DNA of 64,000 nucleotides from Bugula neritina (lineage: Eukaryota > Animalia > Bryozoa), in contig OZ037770.1 of NCBI GenBank assembly GCA_964035545.1, positions 14,250,642 through 14,314,641 of the forward strand. The letters are read 5' to 3'. A program made the position numbers and the translations under genes. The notes under the pieces are model-generated. The model was not told the origin of the DNA and did no database searches. It worked only from the letters and a program-made list of their open reading frames with translations. Of this stretch, positions 39,939 to 54,377 are shown piece after piece (the stretch's first letter is position 1; each line of letters starts with the position of its first letter).

Positions 39939-40171
39939 ATTTATAAAGACTAAAGATAAACTGGATAAAATAGGTCAAGTCAAATTGATATTGGTTTGAA
40001 TTTATTAAACACAGAACTCAGTATAAAATTTTAACACAAAAATATGAAAGCATACTGAATTTGAAAAATATTTATCAAAGGTTAAAATTGTAGTTACTTC
40101 ATCAAAACTGGATAATTATCAAATAGCAAATAGCATTTATAGCTTATAGAGAAATCCACACCAGTTCATGG

Positions 40172-43100
40172 TTAGCAGTGGTACAGCACTAGGGGGTCTA
40201 GCACCACCGTCCACGTTGAGTTGGACACCAAAGCCTCAGTTCTGATTCGAATCTACAAATGCAGTCATTGAATGTTGATTATGCTCAATTTTAATTAAAT
40301 TACATATTTCTTAACTCATGGTATTTTTTAAGAATAAATGTCAATTATGTTTTTCCACAAAAGGTTTGAAATTTTGCTAACCTTGAAGTTGAAAAATTCG
40401 GAGAATATTCTCCACTTGACCGTTCGGCTATGCAGCATCAAGCTACAATTACAGTGAAACAATATGTAGATAGAATTATTATAAACAGAAATTATATATA
40501 TTAAAACATTTCTTTTCAACTTGTACCAATTTTTTAAATATATTTTTTAACTAAAATATCTAACTTTTTGGACAGAAGCAGCCGCATCTAGCAATTAGAG
40601 CACTGGCTTAGTAAGTGAATAAAATCAATCGTGAAAGTCCATTGGTGATGTTAAGAAAAGCCATCAGTCATAATTGCTCCTGTGCCACAATACAAAGAAC
40701 CCCGCCTTTCACAAACCCCTTCAGGATTTATGTTCAACTTGTTGAACACATTGAATCAATTTGTTCTGCGAATTTTTTTCTTATATTTGCTTTACTTTCA
40801 TTTTTATTATAATATAATTTCAAGGTTGAAGAAATTAACAAATTCTTGCAAAAATATAATATTTAAAATCCTTAAATTTTTCTGTATAAGAAAAGTTCAA
40901 AATCTAAGAACTGGCAAAAGGTTTCAATTTTTAGTTTTTCTAAATTAACCATACAGTACTTCATGAGTGCCGTACTGTAAACATAGAAATGTATATTTCA
41001 AGAGATATTTTTGTATTGGCAGAAACTTTGCTCCAAGTCTGCTCTCATTGGTCAAATACTTACATGTTGTCAGTAACAGAAAAGAATGATGTCCAAGTAA
41101 TGCCTCTATTCCTTGAAAACTCAAAAATCAGCCCAGCTCTGCTTCGATAATAGTTGAAGTAAAAGCACCAAGATTGTTGTCTGCGCAGCATTGGAGTTTC
41201 TAATGCTGCACTCTCGGATGACTAAACACATAAATAAACTGGCACGGAGTAAAATTATTTAGCTTAGAGCATAAAACATTCTTAACAGTGTTGAATCGTA
41301 GACAGATCTACTATTAGTTTATCAAAACTGCTGTCAATTTGGTAATTTTAAGTTATTTTTAACGTATTTAACAAGTAAATGATGTGAGATTAATTTAAAA
41401 GAAAGAGCATACTTTTCATTGTAGTGATGCGATTATGCAGTGGTCCCTGTGGTGTAATGAATAGCACACCTGCTTGCAAGTCAGAGGTGTAGGGTTTAAA
41501 TCCCAGTGAAGGCAAAGATTCTATACTTACATTTCCTGTGGCTACAAGAATGTAGTCGTTTGATGGGAGTCCAAACTGGGTTGACGGTTCGTTTCCCATC
41601 ATTGGCGTGAATTGAGTTCGTAGATCTGAGTTAAAAAATGGGAATACTGTGGAGCTGTCGGTAACAAAATGATTTCTTCGTCTGACGCAAGTATTACCAC
41701 GTTGGGTAAAGTACATAGAGCACAGACATTGTCTTTCGCGACAAGTGCTGTACCTTAAAAGACGGCAGCCATTTTGTTGAAGGTGGCAGTTGCATGACGG
41801 ATCTGTCAGTAATGTGCATACTACAAAGATAAGATAGGATAAGGTTTCACTGCTGATAAATATTCTGAACTTATCACAAGCATTATATATACTATGCATA
41901 TTGACTATACTACATACTATGCATATTGACTATACTATATACTGTGCATATTGACTATACTACATACTATACATATTGACTATACTACATACTATGCATA
42001 TTGACTATACTATATACTATGCATATTAACTATACTACATACTATGCATATTGAATATACTATATACTATGCATATTGACTATACTATATACTATGCATA
42101 TTGACTATACTATATACTATGCATATTATTAACTATACTATATACTATACATATTGACTATACTACATACTATACAGATGGATTACAAAACAGTAAAAAG
42201 GATTTGAGTTAAAACCGCTATAAAAAAGCTTATATCATTTTGTTACAATAAGAATTGACCTCAAAGGCGTTGCTCACATTATTTCAAACACCCTCCTTCC
42301 CCCCTATCCCCCCCTCCCCCCCCCCTGGTATGTAATGCTTCAGCTTTGAAAGATGTTTAGTTTAGTTGCTCAGCAGTTAAATGTTCATTGTGCGTAAAGA
42401 ACTAGTCATTATATCACCGTTTCGTAGGATTCACTCACATAAATTGTTGCTGGTTGTAGTAGCAGATGTGGTTGTGGTAGTGGGTGTGGTTGTGGTGGTA
42501 GGTGTGGTTGTGGTGGTTGGTGTGGTTGTAGTGGTAGGTGTGGTTGTGGTGGTTGGTGTGGTTGTGGTGGTAGGTGTGGTTGTGGTGGTTGGTGTAGTTG
42601 TGGTGGTAGGTGTGGTTGTGGTGGTTGGTGTGGTTGTGGTAGTGGGTGTGGTTGTAGTGGTAGGTGTGGTTGTGGTGGTAGGTGTGGTTGTGGTGGTTGG
42701 TGTGGTTGTGGTGGTAGGTGTGGTTGTGGTGGTAGGTGTGGTTGTGGTGGTTGGTGTGGTTGTGGTGGTAGGTGTGGTTGTGGTGGTAGGTGTGGTTGTG
42801 GTGGTTGGTGTAGTTGTGGTGGTAGGTGTGGTTGTGGTGGTAGGTGTGGTTGTGGTGGTTGGTGTAGTTGTGGTGGTAGGTGTGGTTGTGGTGGTTGGTG
42901 TAGTTGTAGTAGCAGGTGTGGTTGTGATTGGTTGCGTACACTCGACAGCGGGAAAGTTATAGTCTGTACCAGCACAGAAACATGTACAGTTTGGTCCTCT
43001 GACAGCATCAGCTGGACAGTCGGGCTGCTGGGAGCAATTATAAATACCTGAAACAGTAATTAAAAAGAAAATATTAAGCTAAATAAAGTTATACTAATAT

Positions 43101-46100
43101 AATACTTAGAGTTTCAGCTAATTGGTTCATTTACCAAAGAAGCTTACGAGTTAGAAATGTATCTTAAGAATTGATTAGTCATTATTGAAGAGAGCATGTT
43201 TTTTTTAGCAACAAAGAAACTATACTTTTAATTTATTTGACCAGCGCAATATTGACAGAGAGTATAAGGTAAAGCTTATGACTTTATAGTTGTTTTAGAT
43301 TTAACATAACATTGAAGCAATTTTATTGAAACATGATGTGGAAATTTGCAAATTTTGATCCTATAAAATATGTTAATAGTAATATCTTTATATACCAACA
43401 TTTGGATATTTTTAGTAAATAATAAAATAATCAATTTTTCTGTATGAACAATTTGCCATAATCACTAAAAGAAAAAAACTTAGTATGCAGTATCCTCATT
43501 GCTACCTTGAAATTGAATAATAATTTTCTTTTAATATTACATAACAAATAATATTTATCACTCACCATCACAACCGTACATAGCTGCTACTATTGTTAGA
43601 TCTTTGAAAGAGAGGGTTGGGGCTTTACCTATTATGTCTAAAAAAGTTTCGTTTAGCGGGACAATGGTGTTCAGTGAGTTGCGGTTCTTTGAAAAGAACT
43701 GAAACAAAGAGGGTTATTTCACATATGTGACTGGTGCATCACAAATACTGTATAACTTTAAAAACTGCAGCAATATTTCTATCTTCTCAATAAAAACACT
43801 AAAAAAATGCAGTTACTTTCAATTAAGAATTATTGATGTTGTTTTATAAATTATTTTAAATAGCTAATCATAAAAACCTCACGCAAGCTTATATTCATCA
43901 TCCTTGTGAGAAACCCCTGATGAGGCTTACAGTAACTTATATATTTTATTATACTTGGAAAAACTGAAAAAAACTTATATAGCCAAATAAGTTTCAACTA
44001 CTAAATGTTAAATTTTGTAACTTCAAAACAAAATGGTGTAACACAGTGAGCAAGTTTTGGACTTACATTTTTTCCATAATGCATCACACTTCTGTAGTCG
44101 TACTCCGTGCCAAAATCTTCGCTGCCCGTAGTTACAGTAAACTGGGAACTTAAGCCAGGGATGATGTTGTCCCACAGGATCTTCACAGAGTCATTTCTAT
44201 CTGGTCGATTGTGTTCGTGGAACACCGATAGAGCGTGTAACAGCTCATGCACTATGATTCTTTTCTAACAAAATTCAATAAAATGACTAATTAGAATAGT
44301 GAAATGAAGTGTAGAGTTGCACAATAAGTTGCACCACATAAACCAACAGATCTTAAACATATACATGATCATCACTACTTAATTGCTGGTTAATTTGCTT
44401 CTCTAGTGAGCTATGATCATAAATTATACAATTTATCAGGCGTTAAGTCATTTATTTTTACAAGAAAGTATTTTGGCATTGGCTATGCTTTCATTGCAAA
44501 CAAAGTCAATTGGGCATGTTTCGTTGAGACTTACGGAAACGCAACCATTTGACAAGCTTAGATTTTGTGCTCCACCAACTCTGCCAATATAGGAATAGCA
44601 ACCTCCGTCGTCCACCACTTTGACGTAGTTTGCATCGCTAGAAACCCTAGGCCGAATGGTTACACAAGTATAGGTTGTAAAATCTTCAACAGCTTTGTCA
44701 AACTCGGCCTCGTCGTCGTCGTCTACAAAAGATCGTGTTTGCGTAGTAGTGAGTTCAACACTGTAATGATTTATGTGCATGTTTGCAAGCCAGTCTCGGG
44801 TTTGAATCCCATCGGAGGCAAGCGTTTTATAGTTTCTAAAGTGATTGAAAAATACATACTTCATAAGCATGTGTGCAAATATTCGCACAGTATTAACTCA
44901 TTAAAAATGCTAAAATCAGATTCAAAATATTAACGTGTTTAGAAGTAAAGGAATATAAGTACAAGCAACAAAGAGGAATGTGTAGCTAGCTTTTTCATTT
45001 CTATTTTAGAAAATAATTTATAATTATTGTTAAATAATGTTGCTTTATTACTACTAGCAACTGTTGTTGACATATTCAACTTTATAATAATGATGCTTTT
45101 TAGTTTAAATTTGGGAAATTCTATCAGCTTTCCTAACGAAACAAATGTATACTAATATAAATAAGTATTTTGTTTGTGCTAGGTTTTTTGGAAACTCTAA
45201 AGATATGAATGTTGCTCTCAGACTTACCGAAGAAAGATGGGAGTGTGTACGGTACAACATTGTTTTCCCAATATCTGTTGGCATTTGCGGGCAAAGCATG
45301 CCTCTTTTGTCTTCTTGTTGGAGAAGCTAGCTTGTTTCCACAAGCACCACTGTCGTCTTTTGTTTTCAGTGTCACTGTGAAGCCTCGAATAATATTTCTG
45401 GGAACTTCCAGACAATCATCTGGGTCAACCAGCATGTCTAACTCTGTTAGCTTCTTTCTCTTTATTAAAGGTGCTGTCACGAAAAATTAGTGTTTTCATT
45501 TATTTGAACGGCTTTGCCATAAATTGTCAGCACAACAGCCAAAGTCAAGAAGTAATTCATTTTAAAGATTGAAATTAAAAATTATCAATAATCTAAAAAA
45601 CTTCAATTATGTGTTTTTTCAAAAACATAGTTCATTATGATTTCAATAAAACGAACAAAAAAAATTTTTCGTTACGGTTTACTCACTTTAACTTGATAAT
45701 TCTAAATTAAAACTATTTTTGATTATTGTATCTGCAATATAATATTTTAAAATGGATGCAAAGATTTTGTTGTAAATGAAAATGTCATATGTGTTTATTG
45801 TGTGCATCTGCACATTCAATATATAGATAAAGAAGCTTCTCATTAAGAGAAAAGTTGTACCTATAACTAAAGCCTATGATAGCATTTCCTTTAATTATTG
45901 GAGAAATTCAGCTATACCTACTCCATTACTAAATTTTAAGTTTTTACAAAAGTTTTCGCAAAGCTTTGTAAGCTAAGTTAAAAACTGTTGAAGTTATATC
46001 TTTTTTAAACTTAACAATTTATTCATATAAGGTATTGTAACTTTTCAACAGATAATGAAACTGTCATTAAAATAATTTGAAAATTTCCAAAGCAAAACAT

Positions 46101-46255
46101 AAATTTTGTAAATATTATTTTCATCATAGACTTTTTCATTAATTTAATCATTTTCATGGCAAAGCGTTTGTGGTAGAATACTAAACGTTTTTTACAACTT
46201 TTAATATATAATATATTTAGCTTTGTACCTAATGTTTTTCAATTACATACTAAAC

Positions 46256-46294
<39 letters not shown>

Positions 46295-46612
46295 ATTCAC
46301 GCACACACACACACACACACAAACACTGCAAACACTGCACACACTGCACACACTGCACACACTGCACACACACACACAAACAAATACACACACAAATACA
46401 CACACACACAAATACACACACACAAACACACAAATACACACACACAAATACACACACACTCACACACACACTCACACACACTCACACACACAAAGACCCA
46501 CACACACACACAAAAACACACACAAAAACACACACACAAATACACACACACACAAATACACACACACAAATACACACACACTCACACACACACTCACACA
46601 CACTCACACACA

Positions 46613-46688
<76 letters not shown>

Positions 46689-47082
46689 ACTGTTGTTTAC
46701 TTACCAGACACAGAAAGTTTACTAGACTGTCTCTCGAAGTTAATTTCATTTAATATGTCATCAATTGTTCTGCCTTTACTCACATTTGCTAAACCCTGAA
46801 ATTTATTTGTAGAGGTTGTTTGAAATAGGAATCAGGCAGAAATATGTTAAGCTTGAAACAATATATAAGCTATACTTGGAACAAGAATGCATCTATATTC
46901 AAGCTATCAGATAGCTTAATTCATTTAAATATCTAATTAGACAGACCTCCAACATTTTAATTGGGTAGTTAACAGAGTTATCCTCTTTTCTTTAAGCAGA
47001 TTTAAATTCGAAACTAAAAAAATTAGATATATAGCCCAGAGAGACTTACCACCAAAATTAAAACACTTAGCAGTTTATACAT
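40172..47082 (-). CDS. Secreted astacin-family (M12A) zinc metalloprotease with Cys-rich modules, Thr/Pro mucin stalk and MAM-like domain (~690 aa)
   Basis: Eleven phase-compatible exons: 47082-47050, 46795-46705 (signal MYKLLSVLILVGLANVSKG), 45473-45228 (RRQKR furin site, W..NVVPY), 44722-44535 (GCYSYIGR), 44264-44067 (HELLHALSVFHEHNRPDR; Met-turn SVMHY), 43698-43566, 43047-42439 (Cys-rich plus (PTTTTT)n), 41820-41531, 41221-41064 (ALETP...CFYFNYY), 40427-40382, 40252-40172 (stop). Confidence 0.92.
40575..40730 (+). mobile_element. SINE, degenerate copy of the 48883-49071 family
   Basis: Shares gcagccg...ccattggtgatgtta...ataattgctcctgtgc...ccgc with the reverse complement of 48883-49071. 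Confidence 0.7.
41442..41525 (+). mobile_element. tRNA-derived SINE (family also at 44765-44835 and 53356-53435)
   Basis: tggtgtaatg.atagcacac.tgcttgcaag.caga...gggttt.aatcccagtg is shared among the copies; A- and B-box-like motifs. Confidence 0.75.
41889..42175. repeat. 23-bp minisatellite (TATACTATGCATATTGACTATAC), about 12 copies, intronic
   Basis: Directly visible tandem units. Confidence 0.95.
42460..42927 (-). repeat. Coding 18-bp tandem repeat encoding (PTTTTT), about 26 copies
   Basis: In frame within astacin exon 43047-42439; the frame is fixed by the splice phases. Confidence 0.92.
44765..44835 (+). mobile_element. Partial tRNA-derived SINE copy
   Basis: ttgcaagccag..tcgggtttgaatccca...ggcaa matches the 53356-53435 copy. 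Confidence 0.6.
46259..46687. repeat. Degenerate (CA)n microsatellite
   Basis: Directly visible. Confidence 0.97.
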
Positions 47083-48882
47083 AATTTTAAAACTGTTGAG
47101 TTATTTTAGTCTGTTACGTGATAATTATGGCTCAGGAAGATATTCATTAAACACCCAGCATAACCTGTATCTTTCTACTTGTGGAATTGTAGTTTTTGCT
47201 TCAACTTTTATATCAAAAAATACTATTTTCCTTATTTAATGGACTAGAAATTTATACTCAGTGTAAATCAATTAATATCACTAGCCTCTGACGCCGTATC
47301 TAGACCATGTTAAAGCACTGTACTGCCTCACGCCATGTTGACATGATGCAGAAAACTTATGGCTCGTTACAGGCCTTAACTGCATGATGCCTTTATTACA
47401 TGCTTTAGAAATGCCTTCAAACATTTAGCAATGCTGAAGTTGTTGTTTTGAGTCCGTCGGGTAATAGAGTGTTGATTATCTGCAGAGATTCACCATTGAC
47501 TGATTGCAAACTTCTTATCTAAAATGACATTTATATAATTTATATTTATATTATTTATAATAATTATATACTTTAAAATATAATATTATTAAATATGGCT
47601 AAACATGCTCAATAAGTTTGGCTACATTAAGCTCTTGCAAGACCATTGGTAGCTTTTGCTGAGTTTTATTAGCAAATGTAGTAAAAATTTAAATTTGGAT
47701 TAGTAAACTATGCCATATATTTGGATGTTTATGATTACAAAGCTCTCTAACTAAAATATGCTTATTGGTTAGTATTTTTACATAACCTAGCTTTTCAGTA
47801 TAAAAGGATATTTGGAGTTTGAATATTAAGAAAGGTTATGGCATGACTCCATGCAGTTGACAACCATCCACAAGCTGTTTAGAAGGTAACTTATATATTG
47901 CGACACTTCTTCAACATATAACTATAATATTGATTTGGTGTTTTTTTCAACATTGTGCCCTCCCCTCCCCCCATTTCAAGGAAGTATGTAAGAAACACAA
48001 CTCATTTTTAGTAGATGGTATGACAGCATAGTTTCAGTGTTTTTCGAACCTTCATGATAACAGGTAATCACCACAATTATTGAAGCCATATAGAATTTTC
48101 AATTGAGCAATGGAACATGCAGTTTTATATAAGTCACCATAATTTGTTTAATTTTATTATATTGACTTGGAGTGTTTTTCAGTGAATTTAGAGTTATACT
48201 GTATTTTATAATATTTTTTGCTTGGCAAGCCCGTGAGAGTTTGACTGCAAAACTGTGGAATCAAAAATAAAAGTTGCAGCTTTTATCCTATAGCATCAAT
48301 TATGTTCCATTTATTTGTAAACAAGGAAAAAAATGGTTGCTAAATAAGATTGAAAGAGAGCATGGTAAAAGCACTAAAACTTAATGAAGTGAAACCTACA
48401 ATGACTTAGATATCATCTGTATTATAATTAGCAAGTTAGCAAATGTCTTTCAACAGCTGTTATTATGCAAGTTTATTTAATAACTTTTTAATGCATCCTG
48501 TTACGAGTAATTGCATGCTGAAAAGAAAGCTAATGATAATACTTTTAGCTAACACTTGCCCACTAGTAATGGCCTAGTCAGACTACATCTTATATAAGTA
48601 GATTTTCATCAAGCTTTTTAGGTTCATTGCTCTGATGCGCATCTCAGTTTGCAGTAAATTATTTAAACTGCCGAGAATAAAATAAAGTCTTTTATGAGTT
48701 ACGATTAGCAATTACCAATGGCTGATGTAATTAAATTAAATTCACTAGTATATAATCTAATTTTATAATTGCTAGCTCAATTTAATCAAATTGACTATAG
48801 TTTTATTTATTCAAATTTACTGACTTAACTTAATGGGGTTATTTACGTACAATGTGAAATGTATATATATATATATATATAT

Positions 48883-50114
<1,232 letters not shown>

Positions 50115-51325
50115 AAATAAAGACGCATGTGGCCATTAATATAATCATTTTATAATGACTTGGCGATTACTAAACAAACTACTTAAAAAAGTTCTATTTG
50201 GAAAACGTTAAGGAAAAATAAATTCCTAATAAAGTTTAAAGTACCCAATAAAACCTATTACAGGTAGTTTGCTTCATTACGCACATATCATTGTATCAGA
50301 GGTTACATAATTATGCATAAGTTATTTTACAGCTATATTTGACATTGCAAGTTGTTCAATATGCCAACTTTCAGTGCAGATCTTTTCTACTTGAATAGAT
50401 CAAAGATGTAATTGCTCATCAATCAAACCCTGTGGCTTTCCTGACTTTAGCTCCTATGCTGTTCTAAGTTTAACTCACTGGCTTTTACAGACTCCTTTAA
50501 GTTTGTTGATAAATGATGGCATTTACTGCAATGACTATCATTTACAAGTTCTGTTGTTTGCAAATTGGGAGACAGCTTTCATGGCCCTCTGACCTTGGTA
50601 TGAAGCAGTAATGGCTGATAGGTACTATGTGACTAATTATAGTAAGTGGAGATATGACTAGCTGGTGGGCGGAGATATTACTAGCTGGTTGCGGAGATAT
50701 TACTTATTATAGCTGGTGGGCGAAGATAACTTTTCTCATGGTACCAAAAATTCCTCATCAAGGTGGCACACAAAAATTCAAATATAACAATAGAACTACT
50801 AGTCATCACACAAAAACAGTCTTCTATTTAGGTTTCTCCAGCTACTAGTGTTTTCAAATATAACTTATAGCTAAGCTCTATCCATTAATTCAACCGATTA
50901 TCATGCAGTTAAATGTTAGTGAATTATTGCAATACAACCTCAAACAACACATATGAGATCACGCAGCATTGCTAGGTATTTCGAGTTCATAAAAATGTAA
51001 CTTATTTAAATTCTAGCTATTTATTAGTTGAAAAATTCCCTTTAGCCGATTTCAATACTATTTATTTTGAGAAGGGAGGACAACTCTATAAACTAAGCTC
51101 AAATTTCTAATACCTTATAGAACTGTGTCACAGCAGTTACTAAATACAATAGAATATTTGCTTAAAGAAACAGGCATTGTTGATCTTGTCATTATGATTC
51201 ACATTGAGCTATTGTTATGAAATACAAAGAAAACTGTACTGCTTAGGAAAAGTAGCTGAAAGTTATTGATGACAGAGGCAGTGCAACTCTACTAACTACA
51301 GTAGTTTTAACTAACCCACGGAAAC

Positions 51326-52857
51326 ATGCCATCAAATAACAACATTCTAATATGCACAACCATTTGCTTAGGCGCTGTATGCTTGGTTGTTTTTGCATTT
51401 CACAATGCAAGTCACAAAAAGGCGTTTTCCAAGACCATGCGAAATTCTGAAAAAGCCAAAGATAGTAGCAGGGCTACTAGCAGTGGATACCAGTACGAGA
51501 CATCTACTTGGGCATTTATGCCTTCAGGTAAGATCTAGGGCTGTTTTTGCTGAAGACAAATGCTTATCATAAAAATATGTTAACACTAAAGATTTGGGTA
51601 GAAATAAACTTTTCTCTTTTAGTCAGTGTAAACTGTGGTTGAAACTTTTGAAATAAGAATACATTTGTCTCAATAAATTCATTCCGGGCAATTATTTTTG
51701 GTTATGAAAATATATTTTCTAAACTGCAATTACTTAGGAAAGTAATAATATTATGAATCAGATATAATAGGTTCAATAGTGCATAAAGGGTAAGTCTAAT
51801 TAATGATCTTTAGGATTAACTGTACCTTGCCTGCTAACTCAACTTCTGTGTTAGAATGGAGTTGCATGGTTAGAAAGTTAAGAATTATTCATAATATTCT
51901 AATTTTATAGCTATTTTTGTTTTTAATTTTCTACTTGTTTCAACTTTTTCAAAATATTAAAATAAAGGTTGCTAAATTATTATTTCAATATTTATTTTTT
52001 GCGTATTTTATTGTATTGCTTTTGGTGTATAGCAAGTTAATATTGAGTCTTTTATTTGTTGAAATATTCATAACACAATAAATTCTGAAAGATAAACTAG
52101 TGATATTTTCATAGATCATTATAATTGACAAACTACATTAGTGTGTTCATATTGACATTTTACTCAAAGCCAATCAATATGAATATCAACATATAGCTAG
52201 CAGCTAGTGCTAGCTAGCATGTATACCTAACATTGTAATTGTGTATCACGTAGACCACATACAATTGGAAATAATAGCTTACTTAGTTTCCTTTAATGCA
52301 TCTTACATTTAACAGCATATTAGTTTATTCATAAAACAAGTTTAAACGGTTCGCTAGCCAAAGATTTTATTAAAAGAATTTCTTTACCAAAATTGAAGGT
52401 TGCAATCATCATGCAAGTTTTTCATTTGCTGGTATTTGATGGAATTTATCTTTTTTAGTATAGTTATGAAAAGCTAGTAGTTATAAATTGAGATTTATCT
52501 AATCTAGATTGAATTAAACTAATTTTGATTCAGCCATTATTCTGACAATATTGGTAGTGACAGTGAGTATATATCATATATTTTATAGGAAGTACATATT
52601 GGTTGTCGCTCAGCAGTGAATGGTACTCTGCTAACACTCTCTCAACAGTCTACCCCAAATGGTTCTTTTCGGATAACCAAGGACCCACAACTCCTACAGC
52701 TTCAAGGGAAAATGGAAAACCTCTTGAAACAAAAGATGATAAAACAGCAGGACAACCAAATACAGACATAAAAGCTCAAAATCGAGCAACAGTTGAAAAG
52801 AAACTTTCAAAGTTAATAGGCAGTTCAACAAAAGACGGCAACATAGTCCAAACTTGA
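51326..52857 (+). CDS. Small type II membrane-anchored protein (~156 aa), two exons, no catalytic domain recognised
   Basis: Exons 51326-51527 (ILICTTICLGAVCLVVFAF anchor; CAG|GTaag) and 52589-52857 (tttatAG|, phase 1, open to stop). Confidence 0.5.
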
Positions 52858-53355
52858 AAGATATTTTTACTTCTTTACTGCCGATACAATTTACCCTTTT
52901 TTATGATATTGTGGAAGTTAACAAACACATATTTCTCTTTTTTTAAGTATTACTAAATAAATATTTTTTTTATAAACTAATTTTTATTCCAAGTTTTAAG
53001 CTACCATCCCATTCTAACTAGAGCATAATATGCTGCTTTCTTTAGTCAAATTATCAACTAATATGACAGGTCATTAGACAACAATGTTTAGAAGCATTGC
53101 TGTTTCTAGAAGCTTAGGCTTGAAAACTTTCTTCTATAATTAGAATTTAGACAATCATTTTAATCTGAAGAACCTAAACAATAGGTTGATACATGCACAC
53201 TGTATATCTTTTTATTGGATAAGTTATATTCACTGTCTCTGAAAATATTTCTAGTCCATTGGATTTGGCAGGCAGTTGGTTGTTCAGTATACAAGATCAG
53301 TTTGTAAAGCTGGGATTGTCTATAGTTGAAATGCATAATGATACAATTCCCCAGT

Positions 53356-53435
53356 AGTCGCTCTGGTGTAATGGATAGCACACTTGCTTGCAAGCCAGAT
53401 ATTTCGGGTTTGAATCCCAGTGGGGTAAAGGTTTT
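53356..53435 (+). mobile_element. tRNA-derived SINE copy
   Basis: tggtgtaatgg A box and gggtttgaatccc B box; same family as 41442-41525. Confidence 0.75.
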
Positions 53436-54377
53436 TAGTTAGCACCTACCAAAACTTATAGTATGTTATAACTATTAAATTTTTGAGTAGTATATATCAA
53501 TAACAGTAAAATGTTTAAATAAGAATGGCAATATATTATTATCAGATGTGTGTATACATCTATGAATAGTGTGCACCTATGTATATTATGGCGATTGATT
53601 AATTCCCCATGACTTTTATTCAGAAATAAAGTATGATAACATAACCTGCTTGCTTTAGTAGGAATCCTAAAGGTGCAGCATTTTCTCCTATAGATTTTAA
53701 TTATTAAGTTACAAGGGTAACCATGGTGAAAGAGAGGATAATTTTTAACTAAAGGAAGTTGTCCTCTCCAATAATAAAGTAATGAAAGAAGTAAACAAGT
53801 AGGGGTTAAATACTGCTCGTTATATAGTTTACCTTCTTTATAGCTACTCAACTATAAAAACAAAAATAATTTCACATATGAGTATTTTGTAAGTTTATTA
53901 AAAAAAGTTTATTATGTAAAGTGCACAGTTGTCCATTGATATCTTTTCAAGGCTCGGCACTCTAAGTACAAAAAAGCGCACGATAACTTGAAATATTTTC
54001 CTCTAAATTTCTTTACGTATTTCGCTAACATCGATGTGGGAGAACTAGATTATATTTTATTTATTTGATTGCTTTTACTTTACTGCACAATAAAATTATA
54101 GATAAGCTGTATTATATCAGAGCTAAAGTGCTAATCTAATTTAGTTATATACAAATCAATTATAAGATATAAATACGCATTATATAACGATATATAAAAG
54201 ATTGTGTAAGCAGTTTCAAATATTTAAATAATGCAACAAAGGAGGTGGTTGAGATGAATTATAAACAATCTATTCTGTAGTACAGTTTCAGAAATGCAAG
54301 CTGTACAGTAGATTTCAGTATTTAGTATGTAAAAGAAGTTTTCTAGACTTACACTGCGGTTATATTCTGGATTTTAC

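Noticed and set aside
42381-43008. Poly-V/G, PQPHL and HHNHT repeat ORFs in the track
   Set aside because: Wrong strand or frame; splice phases place the repeat in the PTTTTT frame of the astacin gene.
53356-53435. tRNA genes at the A/B-box sites (31.9, 41.4, 49.0, 53.4, 57.3 kb)
   Set aside because: No complete cloverleaf or acceptor stem; several share family-specific downstream sequence, as expected for SINEs.
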